From contig DAOTVI010000061.1 of NCBI GenBank assembly GCA_034436775.1, positions 125 to 64,124 on the forward strand: a DNA stretch of 64,000 bases, read 5' to 3'. Position numbers and translations under genes: made by a program. The stretch is from Anaerolineae bacterium. Its GTDB lineage: Bacteria > Chloroflexota > Anaerolineae > 4572-78 > NAK82. Positions within the stretch are counted from its first letter, which is position 1. Each line of letters begins with the position of its first letter. Shown here in pieces: positions 28,405 through 38,671 of this stretch. The notes beneath the pieces are model-generated. The model saw only the letters and a list, made by a program, of their open reading frames with translations. It was not told where the DNA came from and searched no databases.

Positions 28405-29985
28405 CTACCACTGAATGATCACCGGCGTGCCGACCTGAGCCCACTCGAAGAGCGTGCGCGCGTTTTCATCGCTCAGGATGACACAGCCATATGAAACGCG
28501 CCTGCCCAGCAATCCTTCCCACAGCTTGACGCCGGTGGCACGGTTGATGGGAAGCGCATGGATGCCGTTTTCTAGAGGACCGGAGTAATAGATGCCAAGC
28601 CAGTAGGGCATGTCCAGATTCCAGGTGCTGGCATACGCCATCTCGATTTTGTCCAGCACACGAAAGTGCCCTGTGGCAGTATCTCTCCCAGGCTCTCCTG
28701 TGGAGACGACCCAATTCCACAACAAGCGACCGTTTTCATACACGTACATGCGCTGCTCGGAGATGTCCACCAGAATGAGCTGATCCTCCGGGCCGGCTGT
28801 CGGTGTAGCGGTAGGGAGTGGTGTGGCGGTGGGAGTGGGCGAGGGCGTGGGTGTGGGCGGCCGCAATAACGCGGCAATCTCCTGCACTTTTTGCTGCGCG
28901 TCGGGTTGGTCCGGTCGTATCGAAAGCGCGGATTGGAACGCCTGCTGTGCCTCCACCAGTTGACCGGCATTTTGCAGGGCAATTCCCAGGTTGAAATAAG
29001 CACCATACAACCAACTGTCCACCTCGGCAAAGGTGGGTTCCTCCGCGGAAACGCGCGAGAACGCCTCGATCGCTGCTTGCCACTCGCCGCGATGATACCA
29101 TTGGAGGCCCTCCAACATGTGCATCAGCAGACGGCGTTCCTGAAGGACGGAAGCCTCATGGGGTGCCAGGCGCAGCGCTTGATCCAACGCCACCAGGGCC
29201 TCCGGCAATTTGCCTTCCTTGCGCCGCATGACACCAAGCTGCAAGTAAGCGTTTGCCGCGCTGTGCCGCCAGATCGGATCAGAAGGGTTGATTTGGCGGA
29301 GCGTTTCCAACATCGAGACAGCCTCGACCCAGCGCGCTTCGCTCAGTGCCACGTTCAACGCTGTCCGCAAGGCGCTTATGTGCGTATCCTGCTCAGGCGC
29401 TACCACGGGAGCAGATCTTGCGGTGCTGGAACGCAACCATATCGCGAACGCCAATAGGAAGAGCGCAATGATCAGGGCTAAGATCAGCAGGATGGTGATC
29501 CACCTCGGCCAAGGACGTTGCCGCCCGGCAACTTTGGGCCTTGCGAGCACCTCGTGAGGCGCTGTGTCTGTCTCGTCGAGGAGCTCGGATGTTTCCTCTC
29601 CGAGCTTATCCGGAGCGGACGGAACAAGGGGCTGTGCCGGTCGCTCCTCATCATGAGGCACTGACTCTGCCGGCGCGCCGGCGACCTCAACCGGTGATGG
29701 ATGGTCAGCGGGCATAGCCGGCGCAGTGGATAAGCGGGTTTCCAACCATCGCCTTGCCTCAGGGAGCTTGGGATGGTTCGGGTTGAGTTGCTCCACTTGG
29801 CGTAATGCAATGCGGGCCTCGCGCGGATTTTCAGCAACCGCTACCAACCATAACCAGGCCATCTCGTTCACCGGGTCGTTCATGAGCACCTGGCGCAGCA
29901 GGAGATAGGCCTGGCTTCGATCACCCGTTGTCGCCGCTTGGACAGCCCGCTTCAGCAGTTGGCGTGGACTCTGTTCGCGTTCCAT
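28405..29985 (-). CDS. TPR-repeat membrane protein with C-terminal L,D-transpeptidase (YkuD) domain
   Basis: ORF 28405..30054 has a TTG start; ATG 29985 with GGAG upstream is preferred. TPR-like repeats, one TM segment, a PT-rich linker, and a C-terminal HALP...SYGCVIL YkuD catalytic motif. Confidence 0.75.
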   Translation of the reverse strand: MEREQSPRQLLKRAVQAATTGDRSQAYLLLRQVLMNDPVNEMAWLWLVAVAENPREARIALRQVEQLNPNHPKLPEARRWLETRLSTAPAMPADHPSPVEVAGAPAESVPHDEERPAQPLVPSAPDKLGEETSELLDETDTAPHEVLARPKVAGRQRPWPRWITILLILALIIALFLLAFAIWLRSSTARSAPVVAPEQDTHISALRTALNVALSEARWVEAVSMLETLRQINPSDPIWRHSAANAYLQLGVMRRKEGKLPEALVALDQALRLAPHEASVLQERRLLMHMLEGLQWYHRGEWQAAIEAFSRVSAEEPTFAEVDSWLYGAYFNLGIALQNAGQLVEAQQAFQSALSIRPDQPDAQQKVQEIAALLRPPTPTPSPTPTATPLPTATPTAGPEDQLILVDISEQRMYVYENGRLLWNWVVSTGEPGRDTATGHFRVLDKIEMAYASTWNLDMPYWLGIYYSGPLENGIHALPINRATGVKLWEGLLGRRVSYGCVILSDENARTLFEWAQVGTPVIIQW

Positions 29986-30163
29986 TTTGCCCGCTCCACG
30001 GAGTGTGGGTATCTTACTTATGTCTAATATACAGCTGTTTTGATTCCAGTGCAATACCTGAACGGTTCTTACCGTCAGAGTGCGCGTTACCCATCCAGGT
30101 GTCTAATTGTCGTGTCTCCCCCTCACATGCTATATTAGAGCATCATCGCCGATGAGAGGTCCT

Positions 30164-30709
30164 ATGGTCGAAATCGTCGAGTCGCCCCACATTCGTGGGG
30201 TTCGATTGGTGCACTTACATGCCTTCACCGATGCGCGTGGAGTCTTTATTGAAACGTTTCGCAAGGAGTGGTTTCCCGACCAATCCTGGGAGGTCATCCA
30301 GACGAACTGCAGCCACAGCCGCGCCGGTGTGCTGCGCGGGCTGCATTACCATTTGCATCAGGCCGACTACTGGTATGTCGTCCAGGGGACGATCCGCGCG
30401 GGAATGGTGGATTTGCGCCGCAGCTCCCCCACGTATCGCGCAACCCAAATTGTGGAGCTCTCTGACCAGATCCCTATGGGGCTTCTGCTGCCGTGTGGTG
30501 TCGCCCATGGCTTCCTGGCCCTCAGCGATGTGATTCTCACCTATCTGGTCAATCGCTATTATGATGCGAGCGACGAATACGGACTTGCCTGGAATGATCC
30601 CGAGTTGCGGTTAGATTGGGGGCTTCAAGACCAAGAGCCGCTCATCTCAGAGCGTGACCGGAGCAATCCCCCGTTTGCTCAGATTCCAACTCAGTCGCTG
30701 CCCGATTGA
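30164..30709 (+). CDS. rfbC: dTDP-4-dehydrorhamnose 3,5-epimerase
   Basis: FTDARGVF...LRGLHYH...GVAHGF...WNDPEL motifs of the RmlC cupin. Start ATG 30164; 30152 is possible. Confidence 0.85.
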   Translation: MVEIVESPHIRGVRLVHLHAFTDARGVFIETFRKEWFPDQSWEVIQTNCSHSRAGVLRGLHYHLHQADYWYVVQGTIRAGMVDLRRSSPTYRATQIVELSDQIPMGLLLPCGVAHGFLALSDVILTYLVNRYYDASDEYGLAWNDPELRLDWGLQDQEPLISERDRSNPPFAQIPTQSLPD

Positions 30710-30777
30710 AACCACAATGCTATATGCTATGATGTGGGAGGACAGCGACATCTTCCATACAAAAGGAGGTTCTGAAA

Positions 30778-31524
30778 TTGGCACCTGGCATCGGCCATCA
30801 GTTTATGGTGCAGACTTATTACCGCTACCTCGAACCATCGGATCAAAGCAAAGGACTGCCTCAGCCCCCTTTGCAACTGGCATACGATCCCGCTCTGCCG
30901 ACCATCACGTTGCCCACCCCCGCGGCGGTCGAAGTGCGATCGGTGAGCCTTCGCGAAGCGATCGAGACACGACGCAGCGTGCGTCACTACGCCTCAACGC
31001 CTCTGTCTTTGGAGGAGCTCTCCTTCCTGCTCTGGTGTACGCAGGGTGTTAAGGAGGTGAGTGGCCGGCAGGTCACCTTACGCACCGTGCCGTCGGCGGG
31101 CGCCCGCCATGCCTTCGAAACCTACCTGCTCGTCCATCGCGTCGCCGATCTGCCGCGCGGACTTTATCGTTTTCTGGCGCTTGAGCACCAATTGCTGCAG
31201 CTCAATCTCGACCCGCAGTTGAGCGACAAGATCACGGAAGCATGCTGGAACCAACAGTTCGTCAAGCAGAGCGCTGTCACCTTCATCTGGAGCGCTGTGG
31301 TCTATCGCATGACCTGGCGCTACAGTGAACGCGGCTACCGCTATCTCCACCTGGACGCAGGCCACGTCTGTCAAAACCTCTACCTGGCCGCCGCAGCGGT
31401 GGACTGTGGCGTCTGCGCCATCGCCGCTTTTAACGATGAAGCGATGAACGCCTTGTTAGGCCTGGACGGTGCGGAGCAATTTGTGATTTATCTGGCGACA
31501 GTGGGCAAGCGCGACAGAGTATGA
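30778..31524 (+). CDS. SagB-type / nitroreductase-family FMN oxidoreductase
   Basis: RRSVRHY...PSAGARHAFETYL...QNLYLAA pattern of the SagB/ThcOx nitroreductase subfamily. TTG start, with AAAGGAGG ending 7 nt upstream of it. Confidence 0.65.
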   Translation: MAPGIGHQFMVQTYYRYLEPSDQSKGLPQPPLQLAYDPALPTITLPTPAAVEVRSVSLREAIETRRSVRHYASTPLSLEELSFLLWCTQGVKEVSGRQVTLRTVPSAGARHAFETYLLVHRVADLPRGLYRFLALEHQLLQLNLDPQLSDKITEACWNQQFVKQSAVTFIWSAVVYRMTWRYSERGYRYLHLDAGHVCQNLYLAAAAVDCGVCAIAAFNDEAMNALLGLDGAEQFVIYLATVGKRDRV

Positions 31525-31584
31525 GAGCAACTTGATAGTTTTTGACAGCTGCTTTGTGGTATTAGTTATTTAAGAAAGCTGATC

Positions 31585-31609
31585 AAGCAGCCAGATTGGC
31601 TGCTTTTTT
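31585..31609 (+). terminator. Rho-independent terminator
   Basis: AAGCAGCCA-GAT-TGGCTGCTT hairpin followed by TTTT, immediately after the SagB-type gene and before the HMG-CoA reductase gene. Confidence 0.65.
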
Positions 31610-31623
31610 CGCGCATTTCAGCG

Positions 31624-32825
31624 ATGTCAGAGACGCAAAGTTCACGGATACCAGATTTTTATAAACGCAACGTCGCGGAACGGCTTGCCATCGTTGCAGA
31701 ATGGGCTTCGTTGACTCCTCAAGAGCGTGAGCTCCTGCAGAGCGGGGGACTTTCCCTGCGCATAGCCGACCATATGATCGAGAATGTGGTCGGTGTGTAT
31801 GGCCTGCCGCTGGGAATCGCTACCAATTTTCTGATCAATGGACGGGATGTGCTGATCCCGATGGTGGTCGAGGAACCCAGCGTGGTTGCCGGAGCCAGCT
31901 TCGCCGCTAAATTGGCCCGTACGGGTGGTGGCTTCAAAGCGGTTTCCACCGCGCCGGAGATGATCGGGCAGATCCAGGTGCTCGACGTGCCCAATCTGCA
32001 CAAAGCGCGTTTCGACCTGTTGATGCACGCGGAAGAACTGTTGGCGCTTGCCAACCGTTGTGACCCTGTCCTGGTCAATTTGGGAGGTGGCGCGCGTGAA
32101 TTGGAGGTGCGTCTGGTTGAACAAAGCCCGGTCGGGGGCATGCTGGTGGTACACGTGATCTACGACACGCGCGATGCAATGGGCGCCAATGCGGTCAACA
32201 CCGTGTGCGAAGCGCTGGCACCGCGCGTCAAGGAAATCACGGGCGGACGCGTGGTGTTGCGCATCCTGAGCAACCTGGCGGAACGCCGGCTGGTGCGCGT
32301 GCAATGTACCGTGCCTGCCGAGGCGCTGACTTTCACCTCGGACGGACATCTCTATCCCGGCCAGCAGGTCGTGCTTCGCATTGTGGAGGCAAGTGCTCTT
32401 GCGGTGGTTGATCCATACCGCGCTGCCACGCACAACAAGGGTATCATGAACGGCATAGATGCGGTGGTCATCGCGACAGGAAATGACTGGCGTGCCGTCG
32501 AGGCGGGCGCCCACGCTTATGCAGCGCGCACCGGGCGTTACACCGCCCTGTCACATTGGGAACAGACACCCGGTGGTGACCTGGTCGGAACACTGGAGAT
32601 GCCGATGGCCGTGGGCGTCGTGGGTGGCACAGCGCGTTCACACCCGACTGCTCAGGTCGCGCTCAAAATACTCGGCGTCCACACCGCCCAAGAATTGGCG
32701 GAGATCATCGCCGCAGTAGGGCTGGCTCAGAACCTGGCGGCATTGCGCGCGCTGGCCACCGAGGGCATCCAGCGCGGACACATGCGGCTGCATGCGCGAC
32801 AGCAGCGGCTCGCCGAGGAAGAAAG

Positions 32826-32829
<4 letters not shown>
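31624..32829 (+). CDS. HMG-CoA reductase, class II
   Basis: 401 aa. [19 protein letters not shown] and class II C-terminal motifs. Size matches class II (bacterial/archaeal) enzymes. Confidence 0.85.
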
Positions 32830-33869
<1,040 letters not shown>

Positions 33870-33943
33870 AGGGGGAGCAAAGCTGCTGACGAGATGCGGA
33901 GTATCAGATACCGGCTGAATCAAGGCTTGGGAACAGGACAGAT

Positions 33944-35101
33944 ATGCGTGGGGTGAGCATTATCGGCGTGGGACAGACGCCAGTGGGAGAACATTGGGAT
34001 CGCAGTCTGCGCCATCTGGCTTATGAGGCGGTATCGGCCGCGATGCAAGATGCCGGCATCGAAGGCGCGCATGCGATGTATGTGGGAAATATGTTGTCTG
34101 GAGAGATCAGCAATCAATCTCACCTGGGCGCGTTGATCGCGGATTTCTGCGGGCTGCGCGGCATCGAAGCGGTCAAGATCGAAGCGGCCTGCGGCTCGGG
34201 CGCGGCGGCGGTGCGGATGGGCTATCTGGCCGTCGCCAGCGGTGTCCACGACCTGGTCATCTGTGTAGGTGTCGAGAAGATGACCGACGATGTAGGCGGC
34301 AAGCTCACTGCCGCGCTGGCCCAGGCAGCGGATGCAGAGTATGAGCTGGCACATGGCATCACCTTCGTGGGACTCAACGCCCTGCTGATGCGCCGTTACA
34401 TGTACGAATATGGGGTGCGTCACGAGGATTTTGCTGAGTTCTCCATCAACGCCCATGCCAATGCGGTGGGCAACTCTTATGCTATGTTTCGCAGACCCAT
34501 CACTTTGGAGGATTTCAAGCATGCGGATATGATCTGTGACCCGATCAATCTGCTGGACTCGTCCCCTATGGCAGATGGCGCTGCTGCGGTGGTGCTTTGT
34601 CCCACCGAACAGGCCCATGCCTTCAAAGGGAAGCCGGTGCGCATTGTGGGGAGTGCATTGACGACCGACTGCCTCAGCATCCATGACCGTCGTGATCCGC
34701 TCTGGCTCCAGGCGGCTGAGGATTCGGCGCGGCGCGCCTATGTCCAGGCCGGCGTAACGCCCCAAGACATTGATCTGTTCGAACTGCACGACGCCTTCAC
34801 CATTATGAGTGCATTGAGTCTGGAGGCGTGTGGCTTTGCCGAACGGGGCAAGGGCTGGCAGCTGGCGGTGGAAGGGCAGATCCGGCCGGACGGCCGCATC
34901 CCCATCTGCACTATGGGAGGATTGAAAGCTCGCGGTCATCCGGTGGGGGCCACCGGGGTTTACCAGATCGTCGAAGCAGTGCTCCAACTTCGTGGCGAGG
35001 CCGGAGCATGTCAGATCCCAAACGCCCGTCTGGCAATGACGCAGAATATCGGGGGCAGTGGTGCGACGATTATCACCCATATCTTGGAGGCTGAGGAATA
35101 G
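33944..35101 (+). CDS. Thiolase (archaeal-type acetoacetyl-CoA thiolase)
   Basis: 385 aa. VSIIGVGQTPVGEH N-terminus, EAACGSG active-site Cys motif, C-terminal NIGGSG motif. Confidence 0.8.
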   Translation: MRGVSIIGVGQTPVGEHWDRSLRHLAYEAVSAAMQDAGIEGAHAMYVGNMLSGEISNQSHLGALIADFCGLRGIEAVKIEAACGSGAAAVRMGYLAVASGVHDLVICVGVEKMTDDVGGKLTAALAQAADAEYELAHGITFVGLNALLMRRYMYEYGVRHEDFAEFSINAHANAVGNSYAMFRRPITLEDFKHADMICDPINLLDSSPMADGAAAVVLCPTEQAHAFKGKPVRIVGSALTTDCLSIHDRRDPLWLQAAEDSARRAYVQAGVTPQDIDLFELHDAFTIMSALSLEACGFAERGKGWQLAVEGQIRPDGRIPICTMGGLKARGHPVGATGVYQIVEAVLQLRGEAGACQIPNARLAMTQNIGGSGATIITHILEAEE

Positions 35102-35198
35102 CGCTGCTTCGCTTTCATCGTTCGGGGTCATCACGGCGCCGAAATTTGGTATATCACCCAAAATGGTATATTACTAGAAATTGGAGGTATGAGACAGT

Positions 35199-35600
35199 AT
35201 GGGAATTCCTGGCACTTGGCGATTGCGCAATCAGCGATTGGCGTTGATCGGTGAGGTATGCCACACATGTGGCAAAAAGATTTTTCCGCCTCGTGACGTG
35301 TGTCCGGACTGTGCGCGTGAGGCGCAGCATGTTTTCCGCTTCAGCGGACGTGGCGAAATCTATTCCTTCACCACGGTGTTCAATCCACCGGCCGGTTTTG
35401 AGGAATATGCGCCCTACACCGTCGCGCTGGTAAAACTCGAGGAAGGGCCGATCGTGACGGCTCAGTTGACAGACGTGGAGCCGGATCAAGTGGCCATTGG
35501 GCAGCCGGTCGAGATGGTCACGCGTAAATTGCAGGATGAAAGTCACGCAGGTGTAATCAGCTACGGCTACAAATTCCGCCCCCGCATGCAAGCCACATAG
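35199..35600 (+). CDS. DUF35 OB-fold / zinc-ribbon protein (scaffold of the thiolase-HMGS complex)
   Basis: 133 aa. CHTCGKKIFPPRDVCPDC rubredoxin-like zinc ribbon followed by an OB-fold region (YTVALVKLEEGP). Confidence 0.8.
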   Translation: MGIPGTWRLRNQRLALIGEVCHTCGKKIFPPRDVCPDCAREAQHVFRFSGRGEIYSFTTVFNPPAGFEEYAPYTVALVKLEEGPIVTAQLTDVEPDQVAIGQPVEMVTRKLQDESHAGVISYGYKFRPRMQAT

Positions 35601-35620
35601 TTGCCGCGAGGACGCAGCCC

Positions 35621-35669
35621 CCGGTGGCATGCACTGGCCAGCCAGAAAGCAGTCAGTGCATGCCACCGG
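35621..35669. repeat. Perfect 16-bp inverted repeat with 17-nt spacer
   Basis: CCGGTGGCATGCACTG (35621-35636) and CAGTGCATGCCACCGG (35654-35669). Lies 20 nt after the DUF35 stop. No U-tract follows. Confidence 0.6.
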
Positions 35670-35960
35670 TGCAGATAGGGTGAAACCTCAAAGGCAAGGG
35701 ATTCCACCAACACATCTGCCGTGCTCTCGCTTGGCCTGAGCAAGGCATACGTCTCCGTCGAAATGTATCTGGCATACCCGGTACCAAAACTTCTGCGCTG
35801 AAGGGTGGAACGTGTCCCATTGAGGTCATCGAACTACTTCGTGCCTGTATCAACCGCAAACTGAGGACAGCGGCTTCGGCGAATCCTCCAGGGTGCGTTG
35901 GCGTTGGAGCATCATAAGATATAGGGGGATCAGGACGGCGGAGTGCCAAGGGTGGTGCAA

Positions 35961-36034
35961 CGCCCCGGGTGGGACTCGAACCCACAGCACACGGCTTAGA
36001 AGGCCGTTGCTCTGTCCGCTTGAGCTACCGGGGC
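35961..36034 (-). tRNA. tRNA-Arg (anticodon TCT)
   Basis: Hand-folded cloverleaf. Acceptor GCCCCGG/CCGGGGC, D stem GCTC/GAGC, anticodon stem ACGGC/GCCGT with loop CTTCTAA, T arm GTGGG-TTCGAGT-CCCAC. 74 nt, CCA not encoded. Confidence 0.85.
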
Positions 36035-36195
36035 ACTACAACCTCTATTCTATGCTCTTATAGGAAGCACGCAAGTCAAGCGAAGATCTTTGCACCCCTT
36101 TTTTTGCTTCGCACCGCACAATGTGCTAATCTGGACTAACCTTGGTCCATCAATTCCCCAATATGTGCCCTCAAGGCTAGATTAAGGAGCTACCA

Positions 36196-37092
36196 ATGTT
36201 CGATTTCCTCAAAGGCGGCAAAGCGACCGTAGCTGTCACGGTCGACCGTCCTGCCCAGCCCTACTTCGCAGGTGAGACAGTCCAGGCCAAGATTGAAGTC
36301 CAAGTGCAAAAGGAACTCAAGATCACCGAAGCACGCGCGCAGCTGGTCTGTCAAGAGAAATATCAATACCGTGATGAGAGCAGGGACATGGACGATGACG
36401 GGGGTGTAAGCTCCAGCATCGAAAAGAAATGGGCAACGGTTGGACAGGTGGTCCAGCAACAACAGCTCTTGCCAGAAGGCAGTCTTCCAACCGGTTTCCG
36501 TCGCTCTTTCGAATTCGTGGCCCCCATCCCCGCTGACGCGCCCCCGACCTGCCAAAACGGCAAGATCGTGAATGTCGAGTGGTTTGTCAAGGCCACGCTC
36601 GCCCGTCATCTGGCTCGGGATATCGAAGCCCTGGTGCCCATCCGGCTGCTTTCCGCCCCGACTGGTGAAGCGGCCAGGGAAGGGGTGTATGGGTTTTCCA
36701 ATGGGCCGGAAGAAACAACCCTCCATTTTGCCTTGAGCTCGCTGGAATGGTGCCTGGGTGACACGGTACAAGGCACATTCGTGGTACAGCCTCAGAAAGG
36801 TTTCGACGTGTCCGAAGTGCGTTTGGAGCTGGTGCGTCAGGAGTACGTGCCAGAGGGCAAAGGCAACACATTTCGTGAGGCGAAACCGGTCAAGCTGGCC
36901 GGTCGAACTCGCCTGCAACCCGGCCAGGAACTGGCCATCCCTTTCAGCATTGTCATCCCAGAAGCTGCGCCGGCGACGATGCGCACCCATCACAGCTCGG
37001 TGACATGGTCCCTGGTGGGAGTCCTGGCACGGTCACTGCGGCGGGATACATACGCAGAGCAGGAAATCTTCGTCTTCAGCAGGCGTCGTTGA
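36196..37092 (+). CDS. SpoOM-like / arrestin-fold protein
   Basis: 298 aa. N-terminal MFDFLKGG..ATVAV...AGETVQAKIEV resembles the SpoOM family. A second similar half (LGDTVQGTFVV...) gives a two-lobe arrestin-like layout. Confidence 0.45.
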   Translation: MFDFLKGGKATVAVTVDRPAQPYFAGETVQAKIEVQVQKELKITEARAQLVCQEKYQYRDESRDMDDDGGVSSSIEKKWATVGQVVQQQQLLPEGSLPTGFRRSFEFVAPIPADAPPTCQNGKIVNVEWFVKATLARHLARDIEALVPIRLLSAPTGEAAREGVYGFSNGPEETTLHFALSSLEWCLGDTVQGTFVVQPQKGFDVSEVRLELVRQEYVPEGKGNTFREAKPVKLAGRTRLQPGQELAIPFSIVIPEAAPATMRTHHSSVTWSLVGVLARSLRRDTYAEQEIFVFSRRR

Positions 37093-37183
37093 GATATCCT
37101 TGCAATGAAGCGATCATAGACCGTCCTTTGTTCGTGGGCATCCCATCGTTGTATAAGGATTCTACGCATTAAGTTAAGGAGAT

Positions 37184-38659
37184 GTGAGCACAATGAAGAC
37201 AGGAGCAAAAGGCGGCAACTTAAGGATCCTCTCCGATGAAGAGATGATGCGCATTCATCAGGCAGCTTTAGATCTGTTATGGGACCCGGGTCTGTTTAGC
37301 GAATCCGACCTTTTCCTGGACATCTTTGCGAAAGGTGGTGCCCGTGTCGATCGCGATGCACGTGTCATCCGGGTGCCGGCCGAGATGGTTGATGCGGCGC
37401 TCGCCTCGGCGCCGCACTCTTTTGTCTTGTACGGACGGTTTGACCCGGCGATGGACATGCTGTTGGAACACGGCCGGGTCTATTACGGCATGGGGGGCAC
37501 TTCCGAACCACTGTTCTGGGATTATGCGCTATGGCAGGCACGTCAACCGACCAAGCAGGATATGATCACCAGCACGCGCATCGGCCATGCGTTGCCCAAC
37601 ATTGACTTCGTGCAGACCCTGTGCATGTCGGGTGACTATCCGACGGATGTCATCTTCTTCCACGATTTTGACGCCATCTTCCGCAACACCACCAAGCCCA
37701 CTGTGATCAACATCCTGGAGAGACCGTTCACGGTTCGCTTGCTGGAGATGACCGCCGCTGCGTCCGGTGGAGAAAGCGCCTTGCGGGAAAAGCCCAGTGT
37801 GTTGGGCATCGTCACACCGGTCTCGCCACTCAAAGTGGCTGTCATGAACGAAGGGATCGTGGATGCGGTTCAGGCGGGTGTTCCTATCCTCTACTCCCCT
37901 GGCCCGTTGATGGGTGCCACCGGCCCGGCGACGGTGGCCGGCACGGTTGTGTTGACCATCGCCGAGGTGCTGTTTGGGGTGGTGCTTACCCAGTTGATCC
38001 GGCCCGGCGCACCGGTGGTGCTCAAACCGGACACGGATGTGTTTGACATGAAAACCACCCAATGCACCTATGGCAGTCCGGAGCAGAGTCTGGGCAAGCT
38101 GGCCGTGACGCAACTGGCTCGACACTACAATCTGCCCATCTATGGATTGGGTGGTGGCGTGGAGGCGAAGGTACCAGACGCTGAGGCCGCTGCTGAAGCG
38201 ATGATGAACATGTTGCTCAATGCACTGGCCGGCATGACAATGTCGCAGAGCTTAGGCACACTGTCGTGGGGACAGTATGGCTGCCAGGAGATGGTAGTCA
38301 TCTGCGATGAACTGGTACATACGATCAAACGCATCCTGAAAGGCATCAACGTCAACGAGGATACCCTGGCCATCGATGTCATCCGCGAGGTGGGGCATGG
38401 GGGCAGTTTCCTGCAACATGAACACACGGTGCGTTATTTTCGGGAGGAGCTCTTCTTCCCCGTGCTTTTCCGTCGCCAGACCATCGAGCAATGGCTGAAG
38501 AGCGGAGGGAAGATGATCCACGAGGTGGCGCATGAGCGCGTGCAGGAGATTCTGGCCCAGGCCGGCCCTGTACCCCTGCCCCCCGAGGTAGATGCCGAGC
38601 TGGAACGCGCTCTCAACAAGGCGATCCACGAGACGGAGCAGGAACGTCGCTCATCGTAG
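37184..38659 (+). CDS. MttB-superfamily methyltransferase, non-pyrrolysine type
   Basis: 491 aa. N-terminal LSDEEMMRIHQAALDLL and overall TIM-barrel-length similarity to trimethylamine/glycine-betaine methyltransferases. No in-frame TAG. Start GTG 37184 or ATG 37193. Confidence 0.75.
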   Translation: MSTMKTGAKGGNLRILSDEEMMRIHQAALDLLWDPGLFSESDLFLDIFAKGGARVDRDARVIRVPAEMVDAALASAPHSFVLYGRFDPAMDMLLEHGRVYYGMGGTSEPLFWDYALWQARQPTKQDMITSTRIGHALPNIDFVQTLCMSGDYPTDVIFFHDFDAIFRNTTKPTVINILERPFTVRLLEMTAAASGGESALREKPSVLGIVTPVSPLKVAVMNEGIVDAVQAGVPILYSPGPLMGATGPATVAGTVVLTIAEVLFGVVLTQLIRPGAPVVLKPDTDVFDMKTTQCTYGSPEQSLGKLAVTQLARHYNLPIYGLGGGVEAKVPDAEAAAEAMMNMLLNALAGMTMSQSLGTLSWGQYGCQEMVVICDELVHTIKRILKGINVNEDTLAIDVIREVGHGGSFLQHEHTVRYFREELFFPVLFRRQTIEQWLKSGGKMIHEVAHERVQEILAQAGPVPLPPEVDAELERALNKAIHETEQERRSS

Positions 38660-38671
38660 GAGGAGCAGGTT

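Noticed and set aside
28159-28494. A 111-aa plus-strand ORF in the cysteine desulfurase upstream region.
   Set aside because: It overlaps the 3-prime end of the L,D-transpeptidase gene and the putative minus-strand promoter. It shows no motif and no RBS.
30778-31524. The SagB-type dehydrogenase as a marker of a thiazole/oxazole RiPP (TOMM) cluster.
   Set aside because: No YcaO cyclodehydratase, precursor peptide or transporter lies nearby. The neighbours are rfbC and mevalonate genes, and a terminator follows the gene. It is more likely a stand-alone nitroreductase-family enzyme.
37184-38659. A possible pyrrolysine (in-frame TAG) MttB.
   Set aside because: The reading frame is continuous with no internal amber codon.
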